From Candidatus Bathyarchaeum tardum (lineage in GTDB: Archaea; Thermoproteota; Bathyarchaeia; Bathyarchaeales; Bathyarchaeaceae), in the NCBI GenBank assembly GCA_024650005.2, contig CP122380.1, forward strand, positions 1,312,001 through 1,376,000: a DNA stretch of 64,000 nt, given 5' to 3'. Below, piece after piece: positions 17,459-28,458 of the stretch. Position 1 is the first letter of the stretch. Every line of letters starts with the position of its first letter. A program made the translations under genes and the position numbers. The notes beneath the pieces were generated by a model, which was not told the DNA's origin, made no database searches, and was given only the letters and a program-made list of their open reading frames with translations.

Positions 17459-19816
17459 TCATTTAATTTCTCCAAATCCATTTTTCTTTTTAAAAAACAC
17501 CATCACAAAAGCAGACCCTAAAAACAAAGGTAAAATAATCCATGAAAGAAACTCTGGAATTGCATCTATTCCAATTATTTCCACTGTTTTGTTGCTGTGA
17601 TTGTAGGTGAAATAAAGGTAAGTGCTAGTCTTGTCTTCGTTGACTGTTGTCGTAACAAAAGCTCCATCCACTAGAACAGTCCAGTTGCCTTCTGTGCTTA
17701 ACAGACCTTTGGGAACCATTACTCTACAGAACCCTATTGTGCCATTTTCATCCTCTACATCAAACTGTATCAGAGCGTTTTCAGGACTGAAACTGAAATC
17801 TGAAACCGTGGAATTGCTTAACACAAAAACGCTGTAGGGAATCCATTCCCATATTCCAGCATCAAAAATATTAACAGGAGACATAAGCGGGTAATTGTCG
17901 TGATTTTTTTCGTTTATGGCATATGGGGATTCTCCAATTTCGTCGCCGTTACTGTCTGTGCCATTATAGTTGCTCCAGTAGTTTCCCTCACTTCCATTAT
18001 CCCAAATATTAACGGCAGGAGTCAAATCTTGCCACCAAGCGCCCTCTGCAACATCAGCCACATTATTTTCGTTATCCACAAAATTGTTGTAATAGATGAT
18101 ATTGTTAGGAGAAGGATAATAAAACACATTCAGGAACATGGCTCCGCTGAAGAAAACACCGTCTCCATTCTCCCTTATGTTGTTTCCAACTATTATGTTG
18201 CTTGAGGAACCCCAGAATTTGATGCCGTTATTATTGTTTGTGATGGTGTTTCCAGTTATTGTCGAGTGGTTTGTGAATGCTAGAAATATTCCATCTCCAT
18301 TGTTGGCGAGGTTCAGGTTTTGAACAGTTATGTTTTCACACTTAACGAGTGCAACATACCCCGCTTCGTGGGGCACAATTTTGTTTTGCTGGTTAACCCA
18401 GTAGATTATTGGTTTTCCATCAACAAGGTTTGATGTGTCAACATCATTTTCGAAGCTGATTCCCCGAACATCAAAGTTAATGCGGTTGTTGGTCATCCTA
18501 TTGTTTCTGAGGGCGTTGCCAGAAGAAACGTAAATTCCATAATTTTTATTGTCTGTCACATTGTTTCCAGTCAGGATGTTCGAACCAGCATCTAGGATTA
18601 TGCCCATCGCATTATTTTCATAAATAATGTTATCAGAAATCTTGTTGTTAGATGAATGTACTGAGATGCCAAAATCATTAGCTGTTATTTTGTTTTGAGA
18701 AAGGATGTTGTTTCCGCCTCTTTCGCTGATGCCATAATCGTTTGAGGCTATTTCATTTTCTGAAATCGTGTTTTCTGTGGAGTTTGATTCTGTAATGATG
18801 CCTGCATAACTATTTTGTGTTATCGAATTTTTTGTGATGAAATTATGGGAGGACTCTTGAAGACTGATTCCCATTGAAAAGTTTTGAACATTATTTTCTA
18901 TGATGTTGATGTTCGAAGAGTGAACAAGCTCTATTCCTCTTCCCCCTGCACCTATCATCGTGTTTTGGATCAGTGTGGAGTTTGTTGTAGAAAAAATTTT
19001 TATTCCTTGTCCATTCTGGGAGAGGTCCAAGTTTTTAACAGTTATACGTGTACAATTTATCAGCACCACACATCCAGCATCCGAGGGCACAGTTCTGTTT
19101 TCTTCATTAAGCCAGTAATAAATCGGTAACCCATCAATCGTGTTTGAAACATCAACATCGTTAACTACTTTGTGAGTTGGGTAGGCACTGACCTCAAAGT
19201 TGGCTCTGTTATTTCTCATTTGATTGTTTCTTAATACGTTATTTGCACAATTTTTCAGCTCGATACCTACTACACCGTCTGTTACTAGATTTTCCAAGAT
19301 AGAATTGTCAGAAGAATCATAAATTAGGATGCCTCGAAAAGCATTTGTTATTGTGTTTTTTTCAATCGTATTGTTAGTTGATCGCCATAAATAGAGGTTG
19401 TAGGCATCACCAGTTACTGTATTGTTAAAGATTAAACAGTTTGAAGTATCAACCAGATATATTCCATATCCGCCGCCTATTTCTATTTTTACATTTTTCA
19501 CTGTTACATTATTTCTCTCTGAGAGAACTATACCCCGAGTGTCTGCATGAACAGTGAAACCTGCCCCATCTATCACAATGTTATCCTTTTCAACATATAT
19601 TCCATCTTGATCAGCACGTGGAAGACGTTCAAGTCGTAAATTTCCCAAAAGAGTGTAAACATTTCCTTCTCGTTGAATCTTGTCTGTTCCCTCAACTGTT
19701 CCATCAGTTCTGATGTAAATTGCATTACCTTGTGCCTTCACTATCTCAACGTTCAAAGAAATATGCCAAACAGAACCGAGAAGAATAATCAAAACGAGGA
19801 GTGAGAGCTTGTTCAT
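17459..19816 (-). CDS. NosD/right-handed beta-helix surface protein with PEF-CTERM-like tail
   Basis: Signal peptide; Asn-rich PbH1 repeats; two NDVD.SN..DG.PI.YW modules; WDNG.EGNYWS; penultimate SNSTVSDF...VPKGLL domain; IPEFLSW + TM + KKK. Confidence 0.9.
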   Translation of the reverse strand: MNKLSLLVLIILLGSVWHISLNVEIVKAQGNAIYIRTDGTVEGTDKIQREGNVYTLLGNLRLERLPRADQDGIYVEKDNIVIDGAGFTVHADTRGIVLSERNNVTVKNVKIEIGGGYGIYLVDTSNCLIFNNTVTGDAYNLYLWRSTNNTIEKNTITNAFRGILIYDSSDNSILENLVTDGVVGIELKNCANNVLRNNQMRNNRANFEVSAYPTHKVVNDVDVSNTIDGLPIYYWLNEENRTVPSDAGCVVLINCTRITVKNLDLSQNGQGIKIFSTTNSTLIQNTMIGAGGRGIELVHSSNINIIENNVQNFSMGISLQESSHNFITKNSITQNSYAGIITESNSTENTISENEIASNDYGISERGGNNILSQNKITANDFGISVHSSNNKISDNIIYENNAMGIILDAGSNILTGNNVTDNKNYGIYVSSGNALRNNRMTNNRINFDVRGISFENDVDTSNLVDGKPIIYWVNQQNKIVPHEAGYVALVKCENITVQNLNLANNGDGIFLAFTNHSTITGNTITNNNNGIKFWGSSSNIIVGNNIRENGDGVFFSGAMFLNVFYYPSPNNIIYYNNFVDNENNVADVAEGAWWQDLTPAVNIWDNGSEGNYWSNYNGTDSNGDEIGESPYAINEKNHDNYPLMSPVNIFDAGIWEWIPYSVFVLSNSTVSDFSFSPENALIQFDVEDENGTIGFCRVMVPKGLLSTEGNWTVLVDGAFVTTTVNEDKTSTYLYFTYNHSNKTVEIIGIDAIPEFLSWIILPLFLGSAFVMVFFKKKNGFGEIK

Positions 19817-19817
19817 T

Positions 19818-21425
19818 CTAATCCTTTCTTTGAATTTTGTTTCTAACAAATAACATGGTCAACGTCACTGAAATGAAAAGAGGTAGAATTATCCATGACG
19901 AAAACTCTGGAATGTCACAGGGTTTCATCAGTGGGTAGTGGTCGATGTTATTTTCGTTGATGTAAAAAGGTGTGTCTCCTATTCCTGTGTTGCCGATTTC
20001 GGAGGCGTTTGGGTATCTGATAAAGTAGTCACTCCAGTAGTTGCCTCGGGTTCCGTTATCCCAACTGCTTGGATTAGCGACGAGCGCATCCCTAGAAGGA
20101 GGTATCATGGAGACCTGTATTTTGTCGCCTGCTCCGTTGTCGATGAAGTTGTTGTGATATATCACGTTGTCGTGTTGGTCGCCGAGAAGTCGGATGCCCC
20201 ATTCGTTGTTGCGTGTCACGTTGTTTTCGACAAAAAAGTTGTTACATGCATGCAGGAGTTTGACACCGAAGTAGTCTAATGAATAGTCTTCGTAAGGAAA
20301 GTGGTAGTAGTTTTCTTCTTTGCCGAAACCGTTGTTTGCCACGCTGTTCTGGTTCATTATGTTGCAATGTGAGTTGGTGAGAAGCATGCCGTAGTAACTG
20401 TTGCTACTGATGTTATTGGCTACGATTGTGTTGTCGTTGCAGGCAGTGAGTTCCAAACCAAATTCGTTTTTTACCATCGAGTTTCCTGTTATTGTGTTGT
20501 TTGAAGATTTAATCATTTGAATGCCGAATTGGCCACCTGAAAGAGTGTTTCCGGCTATTAACGAGTTGGTTGTTGAGAACATGCTCACGCCGATTGCATT
20601 TAGGTTCTGGGCGGTTATGTTGTTACAGTTGGAGAGCACCACGTAACCCGCGTCTGAAGGCACGGTTTCGTCTCTGTGACCCATCCAATATATTATTGGT
20701 TTTCCGTTGACCAAATTTGAGGTGTCGATATCGTTGTCGAAACTGTAAGCCTTGAATGCGATTCCTGTGCAGTTAATGGTGTTGTTTCGGAACAGGTTTT
20801 GGTTGCCTCTGAGGGAAACGCCGATTGCTATGCTATTTATGATGTTGTCTGAAAACGTGTTATTGGACTCCATTAGGCTCAATCCAATTAAAGAATCATA
20901 GACAGTGTTCTTTGCGACAACGTTTTCTTGGCACCAGTAGTTTGGTGACTGATAAAACTCGAATGCGTATGATGCCTGGGAAACGGTGTTTCCAGTGACG
21001 TTGTTTCTCCATGACCACCAAAAATAAACAGCTTTTTCAGAGTTTATTATAGTATTTCCAAAAATGTTGTTATCATCGGCGTAAGTGAGGTCGATTCCAC
21101 GATACGTATCTTTTATAACAAGGTTCTTGACAGTAACGTAATGTCGGTAATGCAATTTGATGCCGTATCCACTGTTTGCTGACAGGGTGTATCCTGCGCC
21201 GTCGATTACGATGTTGTCTCTTTCAACAGAAATAGAGCCAGAAACGTTGCCCGTAAAAGAATAAAAAATTCCAGTTCGTTCTATCTTATCGGTTCCCTCA
21301 ACGGTTCCATCAGCTTTAATGTAAATCGTATTGCCCTGTGCCTTAACTACTCTAATCTTAGGAATAGACGCCAAAACAAGGAGAGAAATCAGAAAAACAG
21401 AAAAAAATAGTTTAATTTTGTTCAT
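19818..21425 (-). CDS. NosD/right-handed beta-helix surface protein with PEF-CTERM-like tail
   Basis: IYIKADGTVEGTDKI N-terminus, PbH1 repeats, WDNGTRGNYWSDY, IPEFSSW + TM. Confidence 0.9.
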   Translation of the reverse strand: MNKIKLFFSVFLISLLVLASIPKIRVVKAQGNTIYIKADGTVEGTDKIERTGIFYSFTGNVSGSISVERDNIVIDGAGYTLSANSGYGIKLHYRHYVTVKNLVIKDTYRGIDLTYADDNNIFGNTIINSEKAVYFWWSWRNNVTGNTVSQASYAFEFYQSPNYWCQENVVAKNTVYDSLIGLSLMESNNTFSDNIINSIAIGVSLRGNQNLFRNNTINCTGIAFKAYSFDNDIDTSNLVNGKPIIYWMGHRDETVPSDAGYVVLSNCNNITAQNLNAIGVSMFSTTNSLIAGNTLSGGQFGIQMIKSSNNTITGNSMVKNEFGLELTACNDNTIVANNISSNSYYGMLLTNSHCNIMNQNSVANNGFGKEENYYHFPYEDYSLDYFGVKLLHACNNFFVENNVTRNNEWGIRLLGDQHDNVIYHNNFIDNGAGDKIQVSMIPPSRDALVANPSSWDNGTRGNYWSDYFIRYPNASEIGNTGIGDTPFYINENNIDHYPLMKPCDIPEFSSWIILPLFISVTLTMLFVRNKIQRKD

Positions 21426-22519
21426 GGTTTCATCCCCTTCTTAATTCTCTGTCTAAAAAATACTGATAAAATCAAAACAACAGATAACCCAGCAACTAAA
21501 ACTGTCCATGAAGAAAACTCTGGAATATAGTCTGCTGGAGTATATTTTTCTACTGTTGCTGTTGATCCCTGTAAATAGCCGGGGCAACCCCCTATTGCGT
21601 AAAGTTGGTCGTCCACAACGGTCGCATCTAAACCAAATGATGGTGTGATCATATCAGCTCCTGAACTCCATGTGTCCTTTTCTGGATCGTATACTTGATT
21701 TTTGTTTGTGGACCAATAAAAGCCAGTGAATCCACCTATGACATAGATTCCTTTGGGTGCTCCAAGTCCCGTTGTTGCGCCTGCAGCAGCCTGTTGTATG
21801 GGATAAGGAATTGGAGCGCCTTGACTCCACGTATCTGTTTTTGGGTCGTAAATTTGAGTTGGATTTACTAGACTATCGCTATAGGCACGTGAAGTTCCCG
21901 AGATTACATAGATTTTGTCGTCAACAACTGCTGTGGCATAATCTAATGTCGCAGTGGGGATTGGCGTTTTTGTAGTCCAAGAATCATCGATAGGATCATA
22001 AACAAGGGTTTCGTCGCTTGTTGTTTTGACAGTACTATTTGCTAGTTGAGTAAATCCACCGATTAGATAGATTTTACCCTCTACGACATTTGCTGATAAA
22101 CCAGCTTTGGGTACGGGAATTGACTTTTTTGTTGCCCATGAGTCTGTTGCCGGGTCGTAGACTTCATTTACGCCTGTAAGTTCAGCAGTCCATTGTCCTG
22201 ATCTGGTCAATCCCCCAATTGCATATATTCTATCTTGAAGAACGACTATAGCAAAATCTCCTCTTGCGGTTGGCATAGGCATTTTGGTTGTCCAGCTGTT
22301 TTTTGCCGGATCGTACTCTTCATTAATGTCACTTTGGACGCCCCCAATTGCGTAGATTTTACAATTCACAACAGCAACTCCCAGACTACTTCTACTAGTC
22401 GGCATAGGCTCGATTGTTGTCCACGAATCTTCAGTTGCCCTAACTAAAGGGATTGATAAAGCGGGCAGAACAACAGAAAGAAACAGCAACAGAGCAAACA
22501 AACACGCAGACTTTTTCAC
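21422..22519 (-). CDS. Secreted Kelch-repeat protein with PEF-CTERM-like tail
   Basis: Likely GTG start at 22519 (GTGA overlap); six Kelch repeats; IPEFSSW + TM + RQR. Confidence 0.9.
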   Translation of the reverse strand: MKKSACLFALLLFLSVVLPALSIPLVRATEDSWTTIEPMPTSRSSLGVAVVNCKIYAIGGVQSDINEEYDPAKNSWTTKMPMPTARGDFAIVVLQDRIYAIGGLTRSGQWTAELTGVNEVYDPATDSWATKKSIPVPKAGLSANVVEGKIYLIGGFTQLANSTVKTTSDETLVYDPIDDSWTTKTPIPTATLDYATAVVDDKIYVISGTSRAYSDSLVNPTQIYDPKTDTWSQGAPIPYPIQQAAAGATTGLGAPKGIYVIGGFTGFYWSTNKNQVYDPEKDTWSSGADMITPSFGLDATVVDDQLYAIGGCPGYLQGSTATVEKYTPADYIPEFSSWTVLVAGLSVVLILSVFFRQRIKKGMKP

Positions 22520-23574
22520 TGGTTCTTGCTCCTTTGGTTTTGTTTGTGTAGCTTTTTTCTGTAAACAACTGCCACAGCTACAAAGGCAACTAGCATAATC
22601 AGTAGGGGTGTCCATGAAGGAAACTCTGGGATATATCCTATTGGCGTGTATCTTTCATTGGCAACCATGCCGCTGGCTCCTGGTCCTCCGAGCGCGTATA
22701 AAACATCATCGATAATTACTACACCTAATCCATAGCGGTTTGTTGGCATTGCGGCACCAATAGACCACGAATCTGTTTCTGGATTGTAGATTTGGTTATG
22801 ATTGAAAGTTGGGTTGCCGCCTAACACGTAGATTCTTTCAGTAGCAAAAGTGCCCTTTGTTGCTCCTGCTGCTGCCCCCCACCCAGGATTTGGCATGGAA
22901 GTGCCATTAATCCATAAGTTGGTTATTGGGTCAAATATTAGCGTCAAATCCTTGGTGAAAATGTAGATTTTGTTAGCATATGCTGTAGATGCATAGTTAG
23001 AAACCTTGACTGGAGGCTCAGTTGATGTGCTCCATGTGTCTGTTTTTGGGTCATATACTTCATTTATGTTTGGCACATAAGAAGGGTTATTAAAATTCAT
23101 AGGCTTGCCGCCACCAATAACATAGATTTTATCGTTAACTACATTCGCATCCATGAATGATCGGGGTGTGGGCATTGGAGCCTTAGTTTCCCATGTGTCT
23201 GTTTCTGGATCATAGACTTCATTTATCCCTGTAACTTCTTCAGGAAAATCACCCCCGCCTCCAATACAATAAATTTTGTTATCATAAACCGCTATGGCAA
23301 ATGAACTCCTTTTTGTGGGCATAGGTGTTTTATTTTTCCAAGTATTTGTCTTCGGGTCATATTCTTGGTTAAACCTAACTTCTCCTTGGTGATAGCCGCC
23401 TATGACGTAAATTTTTCCATTTACAGTAGCAACCCCAGGTTCCAATCTTCCATATGGAATATCAGCCATAATCTCCCAAGAATTATCAATAGCATAAACT
23501 CTACAAACCAGCATCGGTGATAACAAAAACACATGAACAAAAAACAGAATTATGATTGACAAACCTTTGTTCAT
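22516..23574 (-). CDS. Secreted Kelch-repeat protein with PEF-CTERM-like tail
   Basis: MNKGL signal peptide; Kelch repeats; IPEFPSW + TM + RKK. Confidence 0.9.
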   Translation of the reverse strand: MNKGLSIIILFFVHVFLLSPMLVCRVYAIDNSWEIMADIPYGRLEPGVATVNGKIYVIGGYHQGEVRFNQEYDPKTNTWKNKTPMPTKRSSFAIAVYDNKIYCIGGGGDFPEEVTGINEVYDPETDTWETKAPMPTPRSFMDANVVNDKIYVIGGGKPMNFNNPSYVPNINEVYDPKTDTWSTSTEPPVKVSNYASTAYANKIYIFTKDLTLIFDPITNLWINGTSMPNPGWGAAAGATKGTFATERIYVLGGNPTFNHNQIYNPETDSWSIGAAMPTNRYGLGVVIIDDVLYALGGPGASGMVANERYTPIGYIPEFPSWTPLLIMLVAFVAVAVVYRKKLHKQNQRSKNQ

Positions 23575-23575
23575 A

Positions 23576-24646
23576 TTAAAATACCCCCTTGTTTGCATTT
23601 TGTTTTAGTTTTTGGTTAGCTTTTATCACTACCAACGTTATGGCGCTTAGTATTGGTAAAATGCTCCATGTTGGAAATTCGGGGATTTTAGTAATGTCAA
23701 CTTGAGTCATTAATGGGTTATTATCTTGGTTGTATTCATCAATAACGTACGCTGAATCTCCAAAACCGTTTCCATCTACATCTTCTCCATGGTAATCGGT
23801 CCAATAGTTTTCGTTAATTGTGTTGTTCGAATAAGTATACCCAAAGGTTTGTGCATACCACTCATTGGCAGAGAGTTGTTCAGTGTTGTTGATGAAGTTG
23901 TTGTGGTATATTGTGTTGTTATTGGAAGTGTAGATTACAATCCCAGTTCCTGCATCTGTTATTGTGTTTCTTGTTATCGTGTTTTGATGAGAGTTTTGAA
24001 ATCTTATTCCTACATTTACGGTGGTTACAACTGTGCAGTTTTCGATTGTGTTTTCGGCAACTGTGTTGTTGTGGCTACTATAAATCTGGATGCCCTCAAC
24101 AAATGCTGTAATGTAATTTTTATAAACAAAATTATTTGATGACCCATAAAGTCGAATAGAGCCTGAACTTCCAATTGACTCAAAATAGTTTTCAGTTATG
24201 TTGTTGTTTTCAGAACAGCTTAATAATACTCCATGCACGCCCCCTGCTATCCTATTTCCTGAAATGACACAATTTTTTACAGAAGCCAATTGGATTCCTG
24301 CATAACCATAAAGTATCTTGAAACAAGAAACCGACACATTATCTGCGTTTATCCTAATGGGGATTCTATGCATCTCTGAGGTGGGGAATCCATCTATTAT
24401 TGTTGTGTCCACGTTTTCTCCAATCAACGACAACGACTTGTTAATCACAAGATTCTCATGATACTCGCCACGTAGCACATAAACAACATCACCAGCCACA
24501 GCAGCATCAATAGCCTCTTGGATAGAACCATAATCGTCAGGAACAACAAGGGTGTTCTGTTCTGCATAAACTTCTATTCGTGGAAAAGAGAAAAAAATAA
24601 CAAAAAGAAGTAATGCAACCACTATTGTAGATTGAAATTTCTTCAT
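23576..24646 (-). CDS. NosD/beta-helix surface protein with PEF-CTERM-like tail
   Basis: VPDDYGSIQEAIDAA..GD.VYV..GEYHEN, PbH1 repeats, NYWTDY.G.D, IPEFPTW + TM. Confidence 0.9.
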   Translation of the reverse strand: MKKFQSTIVVALLLFVIFFSFPRIEVYAEQNTLVVPDDYGSIQEAIDAAVAGDVVYVLRGEYHENLVINKSLSLIGENVDTTIIDGFPTSEMHRIPIRINADNVSVSCFKILYGYAGIQLASVKNCVISGNRIAGGVHGVLLSCSENNNITENYFESIGSSGSIRLYGSSNNFVYKNYITAFVEGIQIYSSHNNTVAENTIENCTVVTTVNVGIRFQNSHQNTITRNTITDAGTGIVIYTSNNNTIYHNNFINNTEQLSANEWYAQTFGYTYSNNTINENYWTDYHGEDVDGNGFGDSAYVIDEYNQDNNPLMTQVDITKIPEFPTWSILPILSAITLVVIKANQKLKQNANKGVF

Positions 24647-24692
24647 TTTCAACTAAATATTATTAATTTTTGAGTTATCAAAAAGGGTTTTT

Positions 24693-24752
24693 GTCAAGAA
24701 ACCTTGACTAAAAGGATGTTTTTGAACAGTAAAACAGTCAAGAAATTTTGAC
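24693..24752. promoter_or_regulatory. Palindromic operator copies C (GTCAAG-AAAC-CTTGAC, perfect arms) and C2 (GTCAAG-AAAT-TTTGAC)
   Basis: 24693-24708 lies 47 bp upstream of the ATG at 24646; second copy 24737-24752 is 44 bp further upstream. Confidence 0.75.
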
Positions 24753-24759
24753 TAAACAC

Positions 24760-24780
24760 GATAATAAAAAAAGAAAAAAC
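24760..24780 (-). terminator. Oligo-T terminator of the 16S transcript
   Basis: T-rich run on the minus strand just after the 3' arm of the processing stem. Confidence 0.5.
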
Positions 24781-24804
24781 CTAACCCTAGTTTTTAGATG
24801 TTAG

Positions 24805-24842
24805 GTGGGCTTTGGCGCTCGTCCGATCAACTCCAGTCGGAA
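24805..24842 (-). other. 3' arm of the 16S pre-rRNA processing stem
   Basis: GTGGGCTTTGGCGCT...CAACTCCAGTCGG is complementary to 26389-26423. Confidence 0.8.
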
Positions 24843-24853
24843 TTGGCTAACTT

Positions 24854-26347
<1,494 letters not shown>

Positions 26348-26388
26348 TAAACTGTTATTGTATTGGAGTATCTTATATTGCCACAAAA

Positions 26389-26423
26389 CCAACTGGAATT
26401 GCGGATAAAGCGCCAAAGCCCAC
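26389..26423 (-). other. 5' arm of the 16S pre-rRNA processing stem (BHB-like)
   Basis: CCAACTGGAATTG-CGGA-TAA-AGCGCCAAAGCCCAC pairs with the downstream arm around a 4-bp UCCG/CGGA helix. Confidence 0.8.
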
Positions 26424-26604
26424 TTCGGAAATGATCTAAATCAGATCCTCATCTTTGTTGCCGCAACCGGAGTCAACTCATCATTCACGGGCGTGAAACG
26501 CCTTTATCGTCTGAGTTGAAGCCGCCTTAGGTCACGGCTTTGCAGTTTCGTTACCAAGAGGGTATCTTGGTAAGAGCGTGCATTCTTACCATGTTTTAGG
26601 TCAA

Positions 26605-26620
26605 CTTAATTAACCTTTCT
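26605..26620 (-). promoter_or_regulatory. Putative 16S rRNA promoter (BRE-TATA)
   Basis: AGAAAGGTTAATTAAG on the minus strand; leader contains the hairpin TTACCAAGA-GGGTA-TCTTGGTAA (26551-26573). Confidence 0.6.
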
Positions 26621-26784
26621 GAAACGGTGAAACCGTTGAACAGCCATTTTTTTGGTTCAAATATGACGCACATATGAACAGTGAGTGTGTTGGTTCCAAT
26701 AGATATACTTGGAATGTTTATGCTTGATACGGATTTAAGTGACATAAAGTATAATGCTTGAAGCTCCAAATAGTGTTAATTTAG

Positions 26785-27006
26785 GTGCAAACATTGGAAA
26801 TGCTATCAGCCTGCAAAGAATTGATCGAGGACGCAAAAATGGGGTGTTCAGATCTTGTTTTCAAAGACATGTGCCTAGACATACTTGCCAAAGCAAGACT
26901 TATTTTAACTAATGAACAGTTTGAAGAGCTAAGATTCTTTGCTGAAGAAAAACTGAAAACAGAACAGTTACCAGTTAATCCAGGAAGAAAAATTCGAATT
27001 GACTAA
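26785..27006 (+). CDS. Small hypothetical protein
   Basis: 73-aa helical ORF behind a plausible promoter. Confidence 0.55.
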   Translation: MQTLEMLSACKELIEDAKMGCSDLVFKDMCLDILAKARLILTNEQFEELRFFAEEKLKTEQLPVNPGRKIRID

Positions 27007-27125
27007 TTTTCAAGTTTATTTTTTATTTGTCTTGTTTTAAGTTGTTTTGTTCTAAGAAATGAACCAGTCTAAGGCTTGAAAAAATTAAAGTTCTAGTTTT
27101 ACTGATACAAGCGTGAGATGAACAC

Positions 27126-28325
27126 ATGTCTGTAAACTTAGATTATGAGATTGAATTGTTGTCACGATTAGTGGAAATAAACACTGAATCAGTTCCAAAA
27201 AAAGGCTACGATGAATGTGCTCAGATAATTATTGATGAAGCAGAAAAAAACGGCTTGAAATGGGAAATAGTTGACGGCCAAAAAGGAGCAAAGGATGGGC
27301 TTTCCCGTCCAAATGTTATTATTAGTTTAGATTCTGGATCAGATACTACGTTGCTTGTTGAGTCTCATTTCGATGTTGTTCCAACTGGAACAGGATGGAA
27401 GTATCCTCCATTCAAACTTACTGTAGAAGAAGACAAAGCCTACGGGCGAGGAACAGCAGATAACAAAGCAGGCATCGCGGCGGCATTGGGTGCTATGCGT
27501 CAATTAAGCAACAAAGAGTTAGATTTTAACATTAAACTTATTGCCGGAGTGGACGAAGAAATCGGTGGCCGATACGGTGTCGACTACGTGATGAACCAAT
27601 GGGGACTTAACGGCGATGCAGCTTTGATTGTTGATGCAGGCCCAGAAGGCTTGTTTTTGGGCGCCAGTGGAATTATCTGGGGAAAAATAACAATAACTGG
27701 AAAACAAGGCCATGCGGGGTATCCGTTCAAAGCAAAAAATGCGATTCATCAGACCATGAAATTGCTTACGGAGTTTAAAAACTATCAGAAAATGGTGGAA
27801 AAAAAGCAGTCTGTGTTGCGTGCACCAACGGGTTCTCCGTTTGATTTTGTTTGGGGCAGATATTCTGTAACTATGATAAATGCTGGAGAAAAAGAAAACG
27901 TAATACCCGGCACTTGTGAGGCTCGTTTTGACCGACGGTTGCTACCTGAAGAGCCATTAGAAGAAGCAGAGGAAGAACTGATGGGTTTTTTCCAAAAAGC
28001 AGTTGAAAAAACTGGTTGTGAAGCAACCTTAGAATTGGTTAATCGTCAGCAGGGTTATCATACGTCTAAGGATTTGGTTTTTGTTCAGACAGTTTTGGAG
28101 AATATTAAGAAAACTACAGGGCAAAACTTGCCTTTAGCTGCAGAATTAGGAGGAAATGATGGAAGCTTTTTTGCACAAAAAGGAATTCCAGTGATCTGTC
28201 ACGGAACAATACGGGAAGACACAAGATACCACGGAATCGATGAATTCGTTTATCTGCAAGACATGAAAAACACACGGGACCTAATCATAAATCTGGGAAA
28301 AGAGCCAAAAACCAAAATCAAGTAA
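27126..28325 (+). CDS. M20 family metallopeptidase/deacylase (ArgE/DapE)
   Basis: SHFDVVP, YGRGTADNK, DEEIGG, GKQGHAG, HGIDEFV. Confidence 0.92.
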   Translation: MSVNLDYEIELLSRLVEINTESVPKKGYDECAQIIIDEAEKNGLKWEIVDGQKGAKDGLSRPNVIISLDSGSDTTLLVESHFDVVPTGTGWKYPPFKLTVEEDKAYGRGTADNKAGIAAALGAMRQLSNKELDFNIKLIAGVDEEIGGRYGVDYVMNQWGLNGDAALIVDAGPEGLFLGASGIIWGKITITGKQGHAGYPFKAKNAIHQTMKLLTEFKNYQKMVEKKQSVLRAPTGSPFDFVWGRYSVTMINAGEKENVIPGTCEARFDRRLLPEEPLEEAEEELMGFFQKAVEKTGCEATLELVNRQQGYHTSKDLVFVQTVLENIKKTTGQNLPLAAELGGNDGSFFAQKGIPVICHGTIREDTRYHGIDEFVYLQDMKNTRDLIINLGKEPKTKIK

Positions 28326-28376
28326 TCACAGGGACTTAGAATTTCTTTTTTTTCTTTTTTAGTTATTTTTGTGGTT

Positions 28377-28417
28377 GTAAAATTTATTTTACAAGAATTT
28401 TGTAAAAGTTTCTTGAC
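28377..28417. promoter_or_regulatory. Palindromic operator copy D (GTAAAA-GTTT-CTTGAC) plus upstream variant GTAAAA-TTTA-TTTTAC
   Basis: 28402-28417 is followed by AAAAATGCTTTTG, 48 bp before the ATG at 28465 of the membrane wHTH gene. Confidence 0.65.
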
Positions 28418-28458
28418 AAAAATGCTTTTGAAGTGCATGGTTTACTCTTAAATAGGGA

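Noticed and set aside
13793-24646. CRISPR array or diversity-generating retroelement in the repetitive region
   Set aside because: The repeats are protein-level Kelch and beta-helix units. I saw no repeat-spacer periodicity, reverse transcriptase or adenine-specific TR/VR pair.
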